A DNA stretch of 64,000 nucleotides from Thermoplasmata archaeon (GTDB lineage Archaea; Thermoplasmatota; Thermoplasmata; UBA10834). The stretch lies in contig JAWCKF010000007.1 in NCBI GenBank assembly GCA_038852315.1, forward strand, positions 1,148 through 65,147. The letters run 5' to 3'. The notes below the pieces were generated by a model. That model was not told the DNA's origin, made no database searches, and saw only the letters and a program-made list of their open reading frames with translations. This document shows positions 8,541 to 17,902 of this stretch, in pieces; positions within the stretch are counted from its first letter, which is position 1; each line of letters starts with the position of its first letter. Position numbers and translations under genes: made by a program.

Positions 8541-11297
8541 TCACCCATCCTCTTTGACGGACCTTAGACAGTCACGTGCGACCGAAAGCGCTAGCCTGTC
8601 TCCGACACGCTCAGCAAGCACTGCTGCCTGCTCATAGTGCTCCGCCGCTTCTGAATATGCCCCCTTCTTCTCAAGCACGGTCCCCAACCTCATGTTTGCA
8701 GCTATCAGCCCCTCAGTGTTGCCAGTCGTCCGCAGTATCTCGAGCGCTTCCCGCGACCGCTGAGCTGCCTCGTCCAGGCGGCCAGTTTCTTCCTCCACCA
8801 CAGACTGCGTGAGCTTCGAATCCGCTATCAGAACCGGATCGCCCATCGCCTCCGCCATTGCCGTGTATCTTGCGAGCTCCTTCCTAGCCAGCTTAAGGTC
8901 GCCTGACGCTCGTGCAATCGAAACTATGGTCGACGACAGTTCGAGATCACCCACGTCGAAGGATTGGCCCTTCTCGAACAGTCCCCTCCTCTTCCTGAGC
9001 TCTGGTCTGGTGAGGGCCTTCTCGCACATCTCAACCGCCTCAGCATGCCTGCCGAGGGAGGAGAGCAACAGGGCGGATTTCGCCAGCATGCGCTTGCACT
9101 CCTCGAGTTCTCCCGCCTTCCTGAAGGCCTCGGACGATTCTTGATAGAGGGTCGCGGAATCTGAGGTGCGGCCCAGCAGGCCCTCCAGCCTGGCCAGGTT
9201 CTCCAACCCCCTGGCTTCTCCGCCGAAGTCTCTAACGGCGTGCGCGAGTCTCACGGATTCCTTCATCTTCCGTTCCGCGTCCGCCAGCCTGCCCTGGTCT
9301 AGTTCGACGAGTGCGATGTTGTTAAGACAGGCGGCCTGCAACGCCCTTCTCTCCGCCCTGGTCGCCAGCTCAAGCGCCTTGGCATAGACGCTCAGGGCGC
9401 CCGGCATATCTCCCCGCTGTTTATGGATCCCTCCCATGTGGAGGAGTTCTCTGATCTGTCCATCTATGTCTTCGGACCCCTGATAGAGCCTGAGCGCGTG
9501 CTCATGCCCCGCCATGGCCTCAGAGAGATGCTGGAGGTGCGTGTGAAGCTTGGCAATCGTCTCCACCACCAGGGCGCGTCTCTCCGCGTCGGCATCTGGC
9601 CTCAGTAGTGAAAGGCTGCTTTCGAGATCCGCAAGAGCCTGATCGTGCATGCCCAAATCGTCCCTCAGCTGACCCCTCAGGAAGAGCAGCTCCGCCCTCG
9701 CCTCATCCGGAACGGCCGACAGATCTAGCTTGGAAAGCACTGCCAGAGTCTCGTTCGGAAACTCCCTTGCGAGATCTGAAGCGTTGTCCAGGGCAACCCT
9801 AGCCGCACCTGCCCAGTCTCCAGCCTCTGACACGTGGTACAATCTCTCCAGAACCCACTCAACCCCCTCCTTGCGCGAGCAGTACCGCGCGGCATGCTCA
9901 TGCAGCGCTCTCAGCTCGGCTGCTGACGTGTGCGAAAGGAAGAATTCCCTGATCATGTCATGCGTGGCGATTCCGTCCTCCTGCTCCACGACCAGAGCAC
10001 GGGACCGCAGCGCCGAAATGACTTCGTAGTCTACGCCCTCGAAGGCGTCGAATTGTACTGGGTGGCGGAACACCGACAGCAGCGCCAGAGCTCGCTTCTC
10101 CGCAGCTCCGAGCGTAGAGAACACTTCCTTCTCGATGAACGATGAGATGTCTCCCTTCGTATGACCGAGAATGCCGCCAGCCATAATGGTGATAAGAAGC
10201 GGATGGCCCCCGCCAGCCTGCACTATGCGACCAGCCTCCTTGGCGTTGATGCTGCTGGCCAACTTCCATGCGGAATCCCTGTCGAGTTCCTTCACCTCGA
10301 TGCTGAGGTTCCCGACGGACGCGGGCGAGAACAAGCTGGGGACCGACCTAGATATGAGCACGACCTTTGAAGTGCCTGAGCGTTTCGCGGCCTCCATCAG
10401 CAGTGAGAGCATCACAGACGGCTCCGGCCGAGGTTTCTGGATGTCATCGAGAAAGAAGAGCACGCGGTTATCCGACATGTCAGAGACTAACGCGGATAGT
10501 ACATCTGCTGCGCCCGCGCCCCTTCTTATAGCTGTCTGGAGAGAGGACCTTCCAGTTGCGACCAGGAAATCCGACAGGACGCCCGCGAACGATTGCTCAG
10601 TGTCCCATTCGTGAAAGGAATACCACAAGATCGAGTATTTGCCTGCGAGGGAATCGGCCAACTTCGATGCGAGAGTGCTCTTTCCTATGCCTGGCATACC
10701 CCAGATGAGGACATTGGACACCGAACCGCCTTCCAGGGCCTCCCTGAGCGAGCTCAATTCTGCCTCTCTTCCGAAGAACCTCACGACTTTAGGCTTCCCG
10801 TAAGCTTTCAAGATGAAAGTGCTGGGCGCGGATGTCTCGGATTCGGCCTCTGAAAATGCGGATGATGACACCACGTCGGCAGCTCGTGCGACTTCCACGA
10901 CCTCTGAGAAACCCACGCTCCTGCCCAGCTGCGACGTCAACTTCTTTACGGCTTCATCGACTGAGAGTTCCTGAGCCGTACCTGAGTGCTCCAACACGAT
11001 CCTTCGCTTCGCGAGGTCCGCCCTGACAGAGCCTGCTGCGGCCCTGCCCTTCTCAGTCAGGAAATACGCCCTCCTTCGCTTGGGAGCCCCGCGCACATGC
11101 GCGAGCCTATCGAAGACTAGGCCTTCTGCCTCGAGGGACGAGAGCGCCCTCGATGCGTTGAAGACCTGAATGCCGAGCCTCTGAGCTATCCCTTCTTGGC
11201 TGACACCCAAAGGGACGTCGGGCTCGTCCCTGTACCTATCGAACTCTGCGAGATGGAGCAATATGCGCTCATTCTGCGAGACCGAGAGCTTGGGCAT
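8541..11297 (-). CDS. wHTH - STAND/AAA P-loop NTPase - TPR repeat regulator
   Basis: N-terminal MarR/TrmB-like wHTH (GVSQEGIAQRLGIQVFNASRALSSLEAEGLV). Walker A is LIWGMPGIGKSTLA and Walker B is VLFFLDDIQ. The C-terminal roughly 430 aa consists of TPR-like A/L/E-rich repeats. Confidence 0.85.
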   Translation of the reverse strand: MPKLSVSQNERILLHLAEFDRYRDEPDVPLGVSQEGIAQRLGIQVFNASRALSSLEAEGLVFDRLAHVRGAPKRRRAYFLTEKGRAAAGSVRADLAKRRIVLEHSGTAQELSVDEAVKKLTSQLGRSVGFSEVVEVARAADVVSSSAFSEAESETSAPSTFILKAYGKPKVVRFFGREAELSSLREALEGGSVSNVLIWGMPGIGKSTLASKLADSLAGKYSILWYSFHEWDTEQSFAGVLSDFLVATGRSSLQTAIRRGAGAADVLSALVSDMSDNRVLFFLDDIQKPRPEPSVMLSLLMEAAKRSGTSKVVLISRSVPSLFSPASVGNLSIEVKELDRDSAWKLASSINAKEAGRIVQAGGGHPLLITIMAGGILGHTKGDISSFIEKEVFSTLGAAEKRALALLSVFRHPVQFDAFEGVDYEVISALRSRALVVEQEDGIATHDMIREFFLSHTSAAELRALHEHAARYCSRKEGVEWVLERLYHVSEAGDWAGAARVALDNASDLAREFPNETLAVLSKLDLSAVPDEARAELLFLRGQLRDDLGMHDQALADLESSLSLLRPDADAERRALVVETIAKLHTHLQHLSEAMAGHEHALRLYQGSEDIDGQIRELLHMGGIHKQRGDMPGALSVYAKALELATRAERRALQAACLNNIALVELDQGRLADAERKMKESVRLAHAVRDFGGEARGLENLARLEGLLGRTSDSATLYQESSEAFRKAGELEECKRMLAKSALLLSSLGRHAEAVEMCEKALTRPELRKRRGLFEKGQSFDVGDLELSSTIVSIARASGDLKLARKELARYTAMAEAMGDPVLIADSKLTQSVVEEETGRLDEAAQRSREALEILRTTGNTEGLIAANMRLGTVLEKKGAYSEAAEHYEQAAVLAERVGDRLALSVARDCLRSVKEDG

Positions 11298-11455
11298 CCC
11301 TTCGGGATACGCATGACATTCCTAATACCACTTCCGGCCGGAGACGGCGTCTTCGGCTTGGGTGTGGCGCAAAAGCACTGCAAAACACCGACCTGAGTTC
11401 TTATACTCGCGACAGGAGTAGTCGTTACCAGAACAAACAATAGGAGGCGACTTGA

Positions 11456-12958
11456 ATGATCGCAATAAAAGGAACCACAGGCTTTGGAGCGGTTCTAGTC
11501 GCTGTGCTCATGTTCGCAGGGGCGGTCGCGCTCCCCGCGGGCGTGTCAGCTGGCGAGGAGAACCTCACAGACGAACTGCAGACTGAGACCGGGCCGACGA
11601 GCATCCTAGGCGGAGGGGACCACTTCTTTGTGAAGTTCGGAGACGATGCCGCCTTCGGAATAGTCTGGGGCACTGAGAGCAATCCGAACAACGTCTACTT
11701 TGTGGCTGTGAAGGCGAGGTACCTCGGATACGCCCAGGTCTACGATGACAGCGGCAACCTCGTCGTAAGCAACCACTCAGTGAAGATAGCGACGCTATAC
11801 GCCGTCAAGCTGTCGGACATCCTTGAGTTCAATGATTCGGATGGCTCCGGGGTGCTCCAATACGTGAGGACTTACCAGGGCGGTCAGTTCACGGGCGGGT
11901 ACATGCACCTCGAGGACATCTACAAGAAGGTTGATCTGAACACCTCATGGACACGGTCCGAGGTGGTGGAGGACTCGACCGACGACTCGCGGACCTGGAC
12001 ATTTGACCTGACCGCGTCGAACCTGCCGTATGTGCCCTTGGACAACTATACGGATTCCGCTGGCGACGGAGTCCTCAACAGCCTCAAGCTGACATTCCAC
12101 CTCGAGGCAAGGATGATGCAGATGGACAACATATCCATACCCCAGTGGCGAGTGACCGTCGCCAAGGGCATGATGGGCAACCAGTGGTGGTTCACTGGGG
12201 TAGCTCCCATGGAGCCAAAGGTTGTCTCGGGTGATGTCATCACATACCATGTGAAGTGGGACCAGCTCATAGAAGGCTGGGACTATGACGCAGCCAACTC
12301 CGACCCGAGGCTGCTCATGGAGCTCGAAGCCATCGTCGGCAACTACATCCCGCCCGCGCTCGCTCAGGCCATGAACATGCACATGATGATGTACACCGCC
12401 ATGATCCGGGCCATGAACGAGAACGGCCGGATGATATGCACGACGAACACGGGCGAGACGACCGTTAATGAGACTTCTGGGCCTTTCGGCTCGCCGAGCC
12501 CGCTCACGTCCCCAGCTCTGACCTTCGGTGGTGAGCGGACCAGGATAGGCAGGCTCGAGTGGGTATCGAACGTGACCGTGGACGGGGTGCCCGAGATGAA
12601 TCAGGTGCGCGCGCAAGTCATGGCAGGCGTGCCTGTCGTCGCCGTCGGGGCGAACGGCGCTCTGTTCTCGGGCTTCGCGGCCGTCGCCGGCCTGACGTTC
12701 CCGGGCGGAGGGTTGATAGACCACGACCCGACCTTCTCCTCTGACGCTCTAGTGAACATCGGGGAGGCTACCGGAGGGCAGCTGCCATTGGGGCTCCTCG
12801 GATTCGTGGCAATCGGCCTCGCGGCGCTGGTGGTGATAGTTATCGTCCTGGTCCTAAGGGGCGGGAGGAAGCCGGGCGAGACCGCGCAACAGACCTACGA
12901 CAGGAGCGGCACCACTGATCAGCGGGTTGACTGGACGAAGTACTACGGCAAGAAGTAG
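11456..12958 (+). CDS. secreted / membrane-anchored surface protein, function unknown
   Basis: N-terminal signal/TM segment (GFGAVLVAVLMFAGAVALPAGVSAG), a large extracytoplasmic body with many N-x-S/T sequons, and a C-terminal TM segment (LGLLGFVAIGLAALVVIVIVLVL) followed by RGGRK. Confidence 0.75.
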   Translation: MIAIKGTTGFGAVLVAVLMFAGAVALPAGVSAGEENLTDELQTETGPTSILGGGDHFFVKFGDDAAFGIVWGTESNPNNVYFVAVKARYLGYAQVYDDSGNLVVSNHSVKIATLYAVKLSDILEFNDSDGSGVLQYVRTYQGGQFTGGYMHLEDIYKKVDLNTSWTRSEVVEDSTDDSRTWTFDLTASNLPYVPLDNYTDSAGDGVLNSLKLTFHLEARMMQMDNISIPQWRVTVAKGMMGNQWWFTGVAPMEPKVVSGDVITYHVKWDQLIEGWDYDAANSDPRLLMELEAIVGNYIPPALAQAMNMHMMMYTAMIRAMNENGRMICTTNTGETTVNETSGPFGSPSPLTSPALTFGGERTRIGRLEWVSNVTVDGVPEMNQVRAQVMAGVPVVAVGANGALFSGFAAVAGLTFPGGGLIDHDPTFSSDALVNIGEATGGQLPLGLLGFVAIGLAALVVIVIVLVLRGGRKPGETAQQTYDRSGTTDQRVDWTKYYGKK

Positions 12959-13008
12959 TCGTCCGCCAGATCGAACCTCAAAACCCATTCCATCCTTCTT
13001 TTCCTGCC

Positions 13009-14346
13009 CTACTTCTTTCTTGAGGAGGCTATCTCGGTCAGCGCTCTGAGCAGCGCGATGACCTCCTGGCGGGTGTTGTAGTGTACGAAAGTCGCCCTGC
13101 ACATCGTCTTGTGACCGTACAGGGCAGGCACCCGTGAGTAGTAGTCCTCGGACCCGATGGCTATGGCGTACTTGTCCCAGAGCGTCTGCGCCAGGGCGTG
13201 GTCGTCCCATCCGGCCAACTTGAAGGAGAACGTGGGGTCGCGGCCTACCTTCGGGATCTCGCGCGGCCCGTAGATCGTCAGACCGGGTATGTACCTGAGC
13301 CCGAGAAGCCGCCCGTAGCCGTCAAGAACTATCCTGGTAAGCTCCCTCTCATACTCCTCGATCTGAAGCATCGCGTTCTTGATGCGAGACCGCCTCTCAG
13401 CTCCGGCCCTCGGCGGCGACTTCGCAGAGGGGTCGCCCACCCATGCGAGGTAGTCGACCGCGCCAGTGATGGCCGCGAACATCGCCTGGTCCCTCGTGCC
13501 GAGCTCCCACTTTTCCGGGCCGTGCTTAGGTGACGGGTCGACCTTGTAGGGCACGAGCTCCTCGATCAACTCTGGACGCATGTACATGAAGCTCCCGTGC
13601 CTCGAGAAGATCTTGTATCCCGAGAACACGAGTGCGTCGCAACCCGTCTTTCTGACATCGGTGAGACCATGGGCCACATGGTGCACGGCGTCCACCACGA
13701 AGAGCGCGCCCACCTCCTTGGCCATCTTTCCCACCTCCTTCAGGTCGGTCCTAGTCCCCAGGACGTTGGATGCAGCGGCGACCGTGACGACTTTCGTGTT
13801 CTTGTCTATCAGTCGCTTCATATCCTCCAGGTCCAGCAGGCCCGTGTCAAGGTCGAACTTGGCGAACCTCAGCTCCTTGATGATGCCCACAGAGCCCAGC
13901 TCCGTCCACGGGCTGATGTTGGCGAAGTGCTCGTACCCTGTGGCAACGACGTTCTCATCACCCTTGTACCTCCTGCTGAGGGCGTAGCTGAGCATGAACA
14001 GCAGACTCGTGCACGACTCCCCTGATACGATGGTCTCCGGTCCCTCTGCGTTCAGCAGGTCGGCTACAGCCTTCCTGCCCTCAAGAATGACCTCGCCCGC
14101 ACCCTTGGATTCTAGGAACACGTTGCCCACGTTCGCGCTCCAGTCTATCCTCGCGGAGGCTTCCATCTCAGCGCTCCTGCGGGTGACGAGCGTGCCTGCG
14201 CCGTTGTCTAGAAAGATCCTTTTCCTGCCAGTCGGGTCTTCCTCGACCGCCGGAAACTCCTTCCGGACCCTGGTCACGAACTTGACATCGAATGGCATGC
14301 TTAGGTGAATGGTGAAGGGGTTGATAAGAATTGAGCCCCGAGACAT
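13009..14346 (-). CDS. class V aminotransferase-fold PLP enzyme (cysteine desulfurase-like)
   Basis: VVDAVHHVAHGLTDVRKTGCDALVFSGYKIF carries the His and S-x-x-K PLP-lysine context of the NifS/SufS-like family. The start could instead be 14298 (MPFDVKF). Confidence 0.85.
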   Translation of the reverse strand: MSRGSILINPFTIHLSMPFDVKFVTRVRKEFPAVEEDPTGRKRIFLDNGAGTLVTRRSAEMEASARIDWSANVGNVFLESKGAGEVILEGRKAVADLLNAEGPETIVSGESCTSLLFMLSYALSRRYKGDENVVATGYEHFANISPWTELGSVGIIKELRFAKFDLDTGLLDLEDMKRLIDKNTKVVTVAAASNVLGTRTDLKEVGKMAKEVGALFVVDAVHHVAHGLTDVRKTGCDALVFSGYKIFSRHGSFMYMRPELIEELVPYKVDPSPKHGPEKWELGTRDQAMFAAITGAVDYLAWVGDPSAKSPPRAGAERRSRIKNAMLQIEEYERELTRIVLDGYGRLLGLRYIPGLTIYGPREIPKVGRDPTFSFKLAGWDDHALAQTLWDKYAIAIGSEDYYSRVPALYGHKTMCRATFVHYNTRQEVIALLRALTEIASSRKK

Positions 14347-14467
14347 CGATTCATGAGAGATGTCCGCGAAATCCAGTGCGCGACAATCCGGAGGACGACT
14401 TCCCAGCGGGTGGGTAGGAGCGAGAGGGACTTCCGCGGTTGGCTGGCCATCATCTGACTGCAGCCTA

Positions 14468-14680
14468 TTAGAATATGACGAAAATCAGGAACCCTGCGAG
14501 GAGGCCGGCCGCTACAGTCAACACTACTAGCAATTCCCCAGACAGCTCAACCATCCCCTCCTTCGAATCGTATGCGGCGAGGATGTCACTGAACCTCGCA
14601 TGTGGTCGCTTGGTCTCGACACTGGCAATTGCTGCCTTTGTCGGAGCGTCGTGTAACAGGATGAGATAGTCAGTCGGCAT
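14468..14680 (-). CDS. possible small tail-anchored membrane protein (doubtful)
   Basis: 70-aa version (MPTDYLILLHD...) of ORF 14468..14818, ending in the TM segment LLVVLTVAAGLLAGFLIFVIF. It is the only ORF with protein-like composition in an 820-nt gap. No family was recognised. Confidence 0.3.
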   Translation of the reverse strand: MPTDYLILLHDAPTKAAIASVETKRPHARFSDILAAYDSKEGMVELSGELLVVLTVAAGLLAGFLIFVIF

Positions 14681-15126
14681 ATCCTTCGACTTCCGAGAAG
14701 GGCGCTGCTGGTATTCGCTGTCAATGTGCCTCCTGAGCCTATTTATGTGTTTTCCAGGCCTAGATGGTACGCGCGATTGCCGCATTAGGGCCAAAACGCC
14801 GACTCTGGCCGGCAACAAAGGCCTCAGGCATGTATGGCATGGAACTGATTGTTGTGGCAGGACCTATAGCAAGATAACAAAGAGAGATATCTCGCGGGTC
14901 CTTAGAACTGCGGAGATATCTGGAGCGAGAGCGGAATAGCGGCGCGGGGGCAATTGAATCAATATGCAAAAACAGGCCTGAAGACGGTCGCAACGGCATC
15001 ATCCGCAAGAAAGCGGCCGGGGAACCAAGAGAAACTGCGGCGCGAGAACTTGGTGGAAACGATGTGAACCCGTTCAGGAGATGGCTGAGGATGTTGCCCA
15101 GACAGGACAGGGGAAGAAGATAATAC

Positions 15127-15146
15127 CACGTGAGTCATCTCACGTG
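15127..15146. promoter_or_regulatory. perfect inverted repeat CACGTGAG-TCAT-CTCACGTG just upstream of the ferredoxin gene
   Basis: Read directly: 8-bp arms and a 4-nt spacer. It lies about 20-30 nt upstream of the ferredoxin start codons (15167/15176) and just downstream of an A/T-rich GAAGATAATA stretch. Confidence 0.35.
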
Positions 15147-15166
15147 ATCGACAGCTGGCGCGAGGA

Positions 15167-15415
15167 GTGTGTAAGATGCCCCGATTCAAGCTGGAGATCG
15201 TGCGGCCAGAGTGTACTGGCTGCGAGCTGTGTACGACCACCTGCCCGGACCTGTTCGAGATGGGAGACGATGGCTTCTCATCACTGAAGGGAGGACAGAG
15301 GGAAGGAGACAACGACGTCTTGGAGCTCGCTGATGAGGGATGTGCCAGACAGGCTGCGGAGGACTGCCCTGCCGCCTGCATACACCTGTACGAAGGCGGA
15401 ACCAAGATAGTTTGA
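15167..15415 (+). CDS. small single-cluster ferredoxin
   Basis: CTGCELCTTTCP ... CARQAAEDCPAACI is a typical 7-8 kDa [3Fe-4S]/[4Fe-4S] ferredoxin pattern. The start is GTG 15167 or ATG 15176. Confidence 0.8.
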   Translation: MCKMPRFKLEIVRPECTGCELCTTTCPDLFEMGDDGFSSLKGGQREGDNDVLELADEGCARQAAEDCPAACIHLYEGGTKIV

Positions 15416-15418
15416 GGC

Positions 15419-16369
15419 TCACAGGATCCTCTTTAGGCGGAACACAACCCACATGCCGAAGACCGCCACCACCGATATCGCCACCACCAGCCAGAAAGCT
15501 GAGGGGTCCTGGGCTTCGAGGGGCAGCGCTAGGTTCATGCTGAAGAGCGCTGTGATCATGATGGGTATGAACAGTATCAGGCTGATCGTCGTCAGGGTCT
15601 TCATCACGGTCTGGAGACTGTTCGCAAGGGCGGACTCGTAAGCGCTCAGCAGGTTGGCCACCACCTCACGGTAGATGGTGGTCATCTCGTACAGCTGCGC
15701 CATGTCGTTCTCGAGGTCCTCGGCCATATCCAAGTGGTCCTTCGTCATCCGGAGGTTCTTTGCCCTCGAGGCCATGCTTATGGCGTTCAGGTTGGACAGA
15801 AGGCTGGTGTTGAGAACGATGAGGTTGTTGCTCAGGTAGAACGCCGCGGCCGCTTCCTCGGTCCGCTTCTGAGTGACCAGCTCGGACTGTATCTTGGCTA
15901 TTATCCTCTCCATCGGCCTGACCTTGCGCTCGATGTCGCGGTTGACCTTCCTGATTATGGCGAGGAACAGATCCTCCTTGGTCTCTATCCACAGCTTCCT
16001 CTTGAGGTCCGACGTGAGCTCCTCGTAAGAGAAACCTGGGACCAGCCTCACGGTGACTAGCTTGTCTTTCGTGATGAACATGCCTATGGGCATCGTCTGA
16101 ATGCGCTCATGTCCGTCCTCCCCGGTACGCTCCCCTGTGAGCACTGTCTTGAGGACCACGAGGTCGTACTTCTCCTCGACCTCGACCCTCGCGCGCTCGT
16201 TCGGGTCGAGACAGTCAGCCACGTCCTGGAGGTCGAGGTCGAACGACTTCTGGAGTATCTCGACCTCTTCTGGGGTGGGCGCGACGGCGTCTATCCACAT
16301 CGCCTCTTTCATCTGGCCCGACTCGACACCCTTTAATATGCCTCCCTCGGCCCTGTACAGCCTAATCAT
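15419..16369 (-). CDS. CorA-family divalent cation transporter (non-canonical S-M-N signature)
   Basis: 316 aa with CorA-like cytoplasmic domain pacing and two C-terminal TM helices. The loop motif is FSMNL where CorA normally has YGMNF. Confidence 0.8.
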   Translation of the reverse strand: MIRLYRAEGGILKGVESGQMKEAMWIDAVAPTPEEVEILQKSFDLDLQDVADCLDPNERARVEVEEKYDLVVLKTVLTGERTGEDGHERIQTMPIGMFITKDKLVTVRLVPGFSYEELTSDLKRKLWIETKEDLFLAIIRKVNRDIERKVRPMERIIAKIQSELVTQKRTEEAAAAFYLSNNLIVLNTSLLSNLNAISMASRAKNLRMTKDHLDMAEDLENDMAQLYEMTTIYREVVANLLSAYESALANSLQTVMKTLTTISLILFIPIMITALFSMNLALPLEAQDPSAFWLVVAISVVAVFGMWVVFRLKRIL

Positions 16370-16467
16370 CGGACCTAGCCCCCGGACTAGCCCCCGATGC
16401 CCAGCAACAGGATATAGTGCTTTCCATCACGCCGACCATAAATGACGGGCAGGCCAGGAGGGCGGCG

Positions 16468-17043
16468 CTAGTGCCTCGAAGGATACGGGTTGGCCCACCT
16501 GTCCAGGAAGATGTTCTCTCCGAGCGGCTTCCTCTCGGGCCTGGTCCTCTCAGCCTCCTTCTGTTTGTCTGACAGCAGGGACTCGTCTCCTCCGGGATAG
16601 CCACAGATGACAAGGGTGATGAGAACGTACTCCGCCGGTATCCCTAGCACCTCTTTCACCTTAAGCGGATCGTAGCCGGCAATCGGATGTGCGATTAGGC
16701 CAAGTTCGGTTGCTGCGAGCTCTACCTGGCCGATAGCGAGGCCACAATCGAAGAGGAAATAGTTCCGCCTGTCGCTCAGCCGGCAGTCGTCCTCTTCCTT
16801 CGCTGCCACCGCTATAATCATCGGGGCCCTCGAAGTCCATTCGTTCCCCTTCGACATGGCGGCCTTGACTGCTGCCAGAGATGCTGGATCCCGGACGAAG
16901 ATCAGCCTCCACGGCTGGTTGTTGAAGCATGACGCTGAAAGTCTGGCCGCCTCGACAAGAGCATCTACTTTGTCTTGGTCTATGGCGTCTGTCCTCAGTG
17001 CCCGCCTCGCGCGTCTAGCCCTTATGGCCTCCGCCACTTCCAT
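16468..17043 (-). CDS. nitroreductase-family protein
   Basis: AIRARRARRALRTDAIDQDKVDALVEAARLSASCFNNQPWRLIFV is the canonical nitroreductase N-terminal signature. Confidence 0.85.
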   Translation of the reverse strand: MEVAEAIRARRARRALRTDAIDQDKVDALVEAARLSASCFNNQPWRLIFVRDPASLAAVKAAMSKGNEWTSRAPMIIAVAAKEEDDCRLSDRRNYFLFDCGLAIGQVELAATELGLIAHPIAGYDPLKVKEVLGIPAEYVLITLVICGYPGGDESLLSDKQKEAERTRPERKPLGENIFLDRWANPYPSRH

Positions 17044-17101
17044 GCAGTCACCGTGTGCGTGATAGACGTCGGGAGATTTAGAGCTGCCACCGAATAGTCA
17101 G

Positions 17102-17902
17102 TCAGGCCTTGAACACGCGCCACTTGATCTCGTACCCGCTGGTCTTCTTGAGGTCTGCGACAGCAGCGAGCAGTCTGTCCACTGACTCTCGCGTCCCACA
17201 GAACGCGACGTCGACGCCCTTGCAGAGTGCGCTCATGGTTGATTCGACCGGAGCGTGTATCGTGAAGAGCTCTCCGCTGGCCTTCATCAGGAGCGCCGCC
17301 CCAGTCGTGTCCCCTGCGACCAACAAGCCGGGGGACATCGAGTCGATCCTTTCACGCGCTCTGCGGATGTCTGCGGTCTTGGAACCCCCGTCCACCTCCG
17401 ATGGGGCCTCAAGGACAAGGAGCTCACCCAGCTCAAGGTCCACTATCCCCTCCAGATGGCCAACGAAAACGTCGTCCCCTTCTTCGCAATCCTCGAGCGC
17501 GACTCCCGTTGAGGACGACTTCATGCCAGGGTACGCCATCAGCATCCCATCCTCCATGACGAGGCCCACCTTCTGGCCCTTCTTAATCCTCTTGCCCGCG
17601 ATCGCGACGCACCTGTCTATCACGCTTATCCTCCGAAGCACGGAGTCGACCTGCTCCTTCAGGCCGACAAAGTGCTCCTGGGCCATCTGCATTCCCTTCC
17701 TCGTCGGCCTGAGGCTACCATTCCGCTCGCTGAGCAAGCCCTCCCTCTTCATCTCACTGACGTACTGGCTCACAGCCTGGACGGTTATCCCCAGTGAAGA
17801 CGCGATCTCGCGCAGCCTCGCGGATGGCCTCATCAGGAGCTCAGCCAGTATCAGCATCTCCGTGTTTCTCCTGAGGTCCCTGAGATGGTGCCCGCCCTTC
17901 AT
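17102..17902 (-). CDS. wHTH transcriptional regulator with C-terminal uncharacterised domain
   Basis: ILAELLMRPSARLREIASSLGITVQAVSQYVSEMKREGLL is a MarR/ArsR-like wHTH. The ATG overlaps the stop of the upstream ABC ATPase (ATGA). Confidence 0.7.
   Translation of the reverse strand: MKGGHHLRDLRRNTEMLILAELLMRPSARLREIASSLGITVQAVSQYVSEMKREGLLSERNGSLRPTRKGMQMAQEHFVGLKEQVDSVLRRISVIDRCVAIAGKRIKKGQKVGLVMEDGMLMAYPGMKSSSTGVALEDCEEGDDVFVGHLEGIVDLELGELLVLEAPSEVDGGSKTADIRRARERIDSMSPGLLVAGDTTGAALLMKASGELFTIHAPVESTMSALCKGVDVAFCGTRESVDRLLAAVADLKKTSGYEIKWRVFKA

Noticed and set aside
11945-12724. 259-aa minus-strand ORF inside the surface-protein gene
   Set aside because: Its Arg/His/Gly/Pro-rich translation marks it as a shadow frame. 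The plus-strand ORF has a signal peptide and a C-terminal anchor.
14400-14450. GGAAGTCCC on the minus strand, reminiscent of the RNase P RNA CR-I element (GGAAAGUCC)
   Set aside because: It is an imperfect match, and none of the other conserved RNase P or SRP RNA elements could be found around it.
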